Origin: a virus
Taxonomy: Duplodnaviria; Heunggongvirae; Uroviricota; Caudoviricetes
Virus record (IMG/VR): IMGVR_UViG_2675903409_000014
Reading direction: 5' to 3' (one strand)
Length of the DNA: 42,284 nt
Shown here: positions 38,022 through 42,284 of the stretch, piece after piece
Layout: every line of letters begins with the position of its first letter
Position numbering within the stretch: position 1 is the first letter of the stretch
The notes under the pieces: model-generated
Databases searched by the model: none
Told to the model about the DNA's origin: nothing
The model's input: the letters and a program-made list of their open reading frames with translations, nothing else
Made by a program: the position numbers and the translations under genes

Positions 38022-41000
38022 ATGGCAGAGCAAACCTCGCGTCTCGCAATAATTATTGATAGCACTGGAGCGAAAAATAATGCTGACAATCTGACCTCCT
38101 CATTAGTCAAAATGACGCAGGCTGGGGAAACTGCTGCAAATAGCGCAGGGAAAGTGACTAAGGCAACAGAAGATGAGAAGAACGCGCTCGCAAAATTAAA
38201 AGCAGCTATTGATCCAGTTGGTGCCGCAATTGATACTGTCGGTCGACGCTATTCTGAATTAAAGAAATTTTTCGATAAAGGGCTTATTGATAAAGAAGAA
38301 TATGAATTTCTTGTCCGTAAACTTAATGAAACCACAGAGGAATTGAGCGGGGTTGCGCAAGCGCAGAGAGAAGCCGAGAAGGCCGGAAAACTTGCTGCCG
38401 CCCAGCAGGAAGCGCAGGCTCAGGCCTTTCAAAGAATGCTGGACAAGATCGACCCTCTGGCTGCGGCGCTAAGAAATCTTGAACAACAGCATGATGAACT
38501 TAATGCTGCGTTTGCATCCGGGAAAATAAATGGTTCTCAGTTTGAGAATTATAGCCGAAAAATACAGGAAACACGGCGAGAGCTTACCGGAGAGGCTCAG
38601 GCAGAGCGAGAAGCAGCAAAAGCGCATGATGAACAGGTTGTTGCTTTGCAACGTCTGATTGCTCAACTTGATCCTGTCGGAACTGCTTTTAATCGTCTGG
38701 TAGAACAACAGAAACAGCTCAATGAAGCAAAAGCTAAGGGGATGCTTTCTCCTGAAATGTATGAGGAGCTTTCTGGAAAACTTCGTGCTATGCGGAGTGA
38801 GCTTGAGGTTACTCAATCACAATTAAGCAAAACCGGAATGTCGGCAAAACAAACGGCTTTTGCTATGCGCATGTTGCCTGTACAAATGACGGATATTGTT
38901 GTTGGGTTGTCCACTGGTCAGTCGCCATTTATGGTGTTAATGCAGCAGGGCGGCCAGCTAAAAGATATGTTCGGTGGGATTGGCCCGGCGATCAAAGGTG
39001 TAGGTTCTTATGTGCTGGGATTAATTAATCCTTTTACCCTGGCCGCAGCAGCCGTTGGGGTCTTAGGACTGGCTTACTATAAAGGCTCTCAGGAGCAGGA
39101 CGAATTTAATAAATCTCTTATTCTTACCGGAAATCAGTTGGGGACAACCAGCGGGCAATTGGGCGATATAGCTCAACGTGCCGGGAATGCGGCTGATTCG
39201 ACAACTGGTGCTGCGGCGGCAGTATTAAATCAGCTTGTGCGTTCGGGAAAGGTAGCGAGCAGTTCGCTGGAGCAAGTGACGACAGCGATAGTAAAAACGA
39301 GCGAAGTAACAGGAATATCAACCGAACAACTGGTTAATGACTTCAATGAAATTGCAAAGGATCCTGTCAGTGCCATATCAAAACTTAATGATCAGTACCA
39401 TTTTCTGACACTTGCGACTTATAACCAGATTAAGGCGCTACAGGATGAAGGGAACCAGCAGGAGGCCGCCCGCATTGCGACAGAAGAATACTCATCCTCA
39501 ATGATCCAGCGCACCAACCAGATTAAAGAAAATCTTGGTTATCTTGAGACTGCATGGAAAGCTGTCGCAGACTCCGCAAAATGGGCATGGGATTCCATGC
39601 TGGATATTGGCCGTGAGGCCTCCCTTGATCAAAAAATCTCAGATGTTCTCCGTCAAATTGATGAAATAGAAAAAAATACCCGACCCGGAGTTTTCGGGTT
39701 AGGTGGCATTGGAGATGGCGGAGCTCAAAATAAAAGGCTGGCACGATTAAAGCAGCAATTGGGCGTACTTCAAGCAGAAAAAATTGCTCAGGACGTACTA
39801 AATTCATCAATAAACGATTACAACAAGCGACAACAGGAAGGAATTGAACTCAGACAGAGAGCAGATGCCTTTTCAAAACAATATCAGACCCGGGAGCAGC
39901 AGAGAGCTAGTGAACTTGCAAAACTGGAAAAGCTAAAGAATCAGTATTCAAAGGAAGAATATAATAATCTTATCGCTCAAATAAATGAGCGTTATAAAGA
40001 TCCAAAGCAACCAAAGGCGAAAGGTTATTCTGATGATGCAGCCCAACGAATGATTGATCATCTGAATCAACAGAATGCGTTACTAAGTTCACAAGCTGAG
40101 TTGACCGTTAAATTAAGTTCCTCTGAACAGGAACTGGTTAAGTGGCGTCAGCGGATTGCCGACCTAGAGTCACGACCATCATCGAAATTAACCCAGGATC
40201 AGAAATCGCTTCTCTTACACCGGGAAGAAATAACCACGTTGATGGAGAAAAATGTTGCGATTGAAAAAAATAACAGGCTAATCAAGGAATCCGCCGAAAT
40301 AACAGCATGGCGTGATTCATTGCAGGCTTCGATTGATAATCGTCAGCAGGGGTATGATATTCAGATTGCTGGTTATGGGGTTGGCGATAAAAATCAGCAA
40401 CGCCAGCAGGAATTACTGCGGATTGAACATGGATATAACAATCAGCGTCTGCAACTTGAACGTGACTATGCAGATAAATCCCGTGGAATGTCAGATCATG
40501 TTTTTCAAGAGAAAATGCAGGCTCTGAATGATGCTCTGGAACGGGAAAAAGAAATTGTCAGACAGAAAAACGAGCAGCTCGATATTCAGGCAGGAGACTG
40601 GGTTAGTGGTGCCTCCCAGGGATTCAATAACTGGCTGGATGACACTAAGGATATCAGTGAGCAGATAAAATCAACCACGACTCAGATGTTTGATGGGATG
40701 ACCGATGCGCTGGGTGATTTTGTCACGACAGGCAAGGCAAATTTTCGTTCTTTCGCTACTTCCGTGATTTCGGATCTTAGTCGAATAGCATTAAAGGCTT
40801 CAATTACTGGGATTTTCGACAGCATTAGTAACAGTTCTTCTGGGGGGATTTTAGGAACTATCGGGAGTGCTATTAGTAAATTTATTCCGAATGCAAAGGG
40901 CGGTGTTTATGAGTCTCCGTCATTGAGCACGTATTCGAACGGTATTTATGATTCCCCGCAATTTTTTGCTTTTGCAAAAGGGGCTGGTGTTTTTGGTGAG

Positions 41001-41255
41001 GCTGGACCGGAAGCCATTATGCCATTAACACGAACTTCCGATGGTTCTCTTGGTGTCAGAGCTATTAATAGTAAAAGTGGTAATGGAGGCGGAGATATTA
41101 CCTATGCCCCTGTATACCAAATCACTATTCAAAATGACGGCCAGAATGGAGAGATTGGCCCTCAGGCAATAAAAGCACTTATGGGGATGGTTGATCAGCG
41201 GGTGCAGGGCAATCTGTTAAATATGCGACGTGATGGGGGAATGTTAAGTGGCTAA
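38022..41255 (+). CDS. Tail tape measure protein
   Basis: 1077 aa; internally repetitive coiled-coil N-terminal half; hydrophobic central segment; immediately upstream of M and L. Confidence 0.85.
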   Translation: MAEQTSRLAIIIDSTGAKNNADNLTSSLVKMTQAGETAANSAGKVTKATEDEKNALAKLKAAIDPVGAAIDTVGRRYSELKKFFDKGLIDKEEYEFLVRKLNETTEELSGVAQAQREAEKAGKLAAAQQEAQAQAFQRMLDKIDPLAAALRNLEQQHDELNAAFASGKINGSQFENYSRKIQETRRELTGEAQAEREAAKAHDEQVVALQRLIAQLDPVGTAFNRLVEQQKQLNEAKAKGMLSPEMYEELSGKLRAMRSELEVTQSQLSKTGMSAKQTAFAMRMLPVQMTDIVVGLSTGQSPFMVLMQQGGQLKDMFGGIGPAIKGVGSYVLGLINPFTLAAAAVGVLGLAYYKGSQEQDEFNKSLILTGNQLGTTSGQLGDIAQRAGNAADSTTGAAAAVLNQLVRSGKVASSSLEQVTTAIVKTSEVTGISTEQLVNDFNEIAKDPVSAISKLNDQYHFLTLATYNQIKALQDEGNQQEAARIATEEYSSSMIQRTNQIKENLGYLETAWKAVADSAKWAWDSMLDIGREASLDQKISDVLRQIDEIEKNTRPGVFGLGGIGDGGAQNKRLARLKQQLGVLQAEKIAQDVLNSSINDYNKRQQEGIELRQRADAFSKQYQTREQQRASELAKLEKLKNQYSKEEYNNLIAQINERYKDPKQPKAKGYSDDAAQRMIDHLNQQNALLSSQAELTVKLSSSEQELVKWRQRIADLESRPSSKLTQDQKSLLLHREEITTLMEKNVAIEKNNRLIKESAEITAWRDSLQASIDNRQQGYDIQIAGYGVGDKNQQRQQELLRIEHGYNNQRLQLERDYADKSRGMSDHVFQEKMQALNDALEREKEIVRQKNEQLDIQAGDWVSGASQGFNNWLDDTKDISEQIKSTTTQMFDGMTDALGDFVTTGKANFRSFATSVISDLSRIALKASITGIFDSISNSSSGGILGTIGSAISKFIPNAKGGVYESPSLSTYSNGIYDSPQFFAFAKGAGVFGEAGPEAIMPLTRTSDGSLGVRAINSKSGNGGGDITYAPVYQITIQNDGQNGEIGPQAIKALMGMVDQRVQGNLLNMRRDGGMLSG

Positions 41256-41586
41256 TACGGAAGAATTTCACTGGTTACCAGAGGATGGAATGAAAACAGA
41301 AAATAAACCATCGATAAAAACTGTAAGATTTGGTGATGGTTATGAGCAACGAAGTCCAAATGGACTTAATCATTCTCTGCGCGTTTTCACCTGTGATTTC
41401 AAAGTTGAGGCGAATGAACGTGATTCATTTGAAAAATTTTTAGCCCGGCATGAAGGCTATAAATCTTTTTTTTGGCGCCCGCCGGGTATTAACAGAAAAA
41501 TCAGAGTGGTGTGTCGAACGTGGTCAGCGACAGAACATATCACCTATACCGATTTTTCGTGTCAGTTTGACGAAGTGGTGATCTGA
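41248..41586 (+). CDS. Minor tail protein M (lambda gpM-like)
   Basis: 112 aa with ...[16 protein letters not shown]...SFFWRPP...FSCQFDEVV resembling lambda gpM; GTG start overlapping tape measure stop. Confidence 0.8.
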   Translation: MANTEEFHWLPEDGMKTENKPSIKTVRFGDGYEQRSPNGLNHSLRVFTCDFKVEANERDSFEKFLARHEGYKSFFWRPPGINRKIRVVCRTWSATEHITYTDFSCQFDEVVI

Positions 41587-42284
41587 TGCAGGACATACAA
41601 CAGGAAACGCTGAATGAATGCATTCGTGCGGAGCAGTCGGCCAGCGTGGTGCTCTGGGAAATCGACCTGACCGAGGTAGGCGGGGATCGCTACTTTTTCT
41701 GCAATGAGCAGAACGAGAAAGGAGAGTCTGTCACCTGGCAGAGTCGGCAGTATCAGGCCTATCCCATTCAGGGGAGTGGATTTGAGATGAACGGCAAAGG
41801 TGCCAGTGCAAGGCCAACGCTGAAAGTCTCTAATCTGCACGGCATGGTCACCGGGATGGCGGAAGACCTGCAGAGTCTGGTCGGCGGAACGGTGGTCAGG
41901 CGTAAGGTTTACGCCCGTTTTCTGGATGCGGTGAACTTCGTCAACGGAAACAGTGACGCCGATCCGGAGCAGGAGGTGATCAGCCGCTGGCGTATTGAGC
42001 AGTGCAGCGAACTGAGCGCGGTCAGTGCCTCCTTTGTACTGTCCACGCCGACGGAAACGGACGGCGCTGTTTTTCCGGGGCGCATCATGCTTGCTAATAC
42101 CTGCACCTGGACCTATCGCGGTGATGAGTGCGGTTATCACGGTCCGGCTGTCGCGGATGAATATGACCAGCCAACGTCCGATATCACGAAGGATAAATGC
42201 AGCAAATGCCTGAGCGGTTGTAAGTTCCGCAATAACGTCGGCAACTTTGGCGGCTTCCTTTCCATTAACAAACTTTCGCAGTAA
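41586..42284 (+). CDS. Minor tail protein L (lambda gpL-like)
   Basis: 232 aa [47 protein letters not shown]...FGGFLSINKLSQ near-identical to recalled lambda gpL; window ends at its stop. Confidence 0.9.
   Translation: MQDIQQETLNECIRAEQSASVVLWEIDLTEVGGDRYFFCNEQNEKGESVTWQSRQYQAYPIQGSGFEMNGKGASARPTLKVSNLHGMVTGMAEDLQSLVGGTVVRRKVYARFLDAVNFVNGNSDADPEQEVISRWRIEQCSELSAVSASFVLSTPTETDGAVFPGRIMLANTCTWTYRGDECGYHGPAVADEYDQPTSDITKDKCSKCLSGCKFRNNVGNFGGFLSINKLSQ

Larger units (their letters stand above)
1..42284. mobile_element. Rac-like lambdoid prophage segment (integrase end through tail genes M and L; right end outside window)
   Basis: Gene order and recalled protein sequences match E. coli Rac (IntR, RecT, RecE, RacC, KilR, SieB, TrkG) followed by lysis and lambda-like tail genes (M, L). 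Confidence 0.9.

Noticed and set aside
41562-42140. 192-aa ORF on the minus strand
   Set aside because: Lies entirely antisense within the gpL-like gene; shadow ORF with no start context of its own.
1-42284. CRISPR arrays, rRNA genes, insertion sequences
   Set aside because: No regularly spaced short direct repeats, no rRNA-like segments and no transposase-like ORF with terminal inverted repeats were seen.

Overview
This window is a Rac-like lambdoid prophage of Escherichia coli, read from the integrase stop codon (position 1) through minor tail genes M and L (window ends at the L stop). Calls are by eye from the six-frame track and recalled protein sequences; no searches were run. Early region on the minus strand: intR, xisR, ydaC, a ralR copy with an apparent premature stop, recT, recE, racC, ydaE, kilR, ydaF, ydaG, racR. 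Plus strand: sieB, ydaS, ydaT, ydaU, ydaV, a mosaic nin-like region, a Q-like antiterminator with a terminator-bearing late leader, a pinholin/SAR-endolysin/Rz/Rz1 lysis cassette, trkG, full-length ynaK-like ParB-nuclease gene, and a complete terminase-portal-capsid-tail module with a G/GT slippery site. Unlike the K-12 Rac remnant, the late region looks intact. Cargo worth follow-up: (1) an A+T-rich two-gene cassette at 15051-17090 with a HEPN-like Rx4H motif and a GNAT-like motif, my top candidate for an undescribed defense or toxin module; (2) two tandem lipoproteins at 21318-22292 whose mature domains closely resemble TolA domain III; (3) a QueH/DUF208-like gene; (4) a GT-A glycosyltransferase-like gene next to the ParB-like gene. 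Seven N-runs of about 234-255 nt interrupt recE, ydaU, the nin region, Q, the endolysin and the small terminase; frame breaks there are treated as masking artefacts. No rRNA, tRNA or CRISPR array was found.
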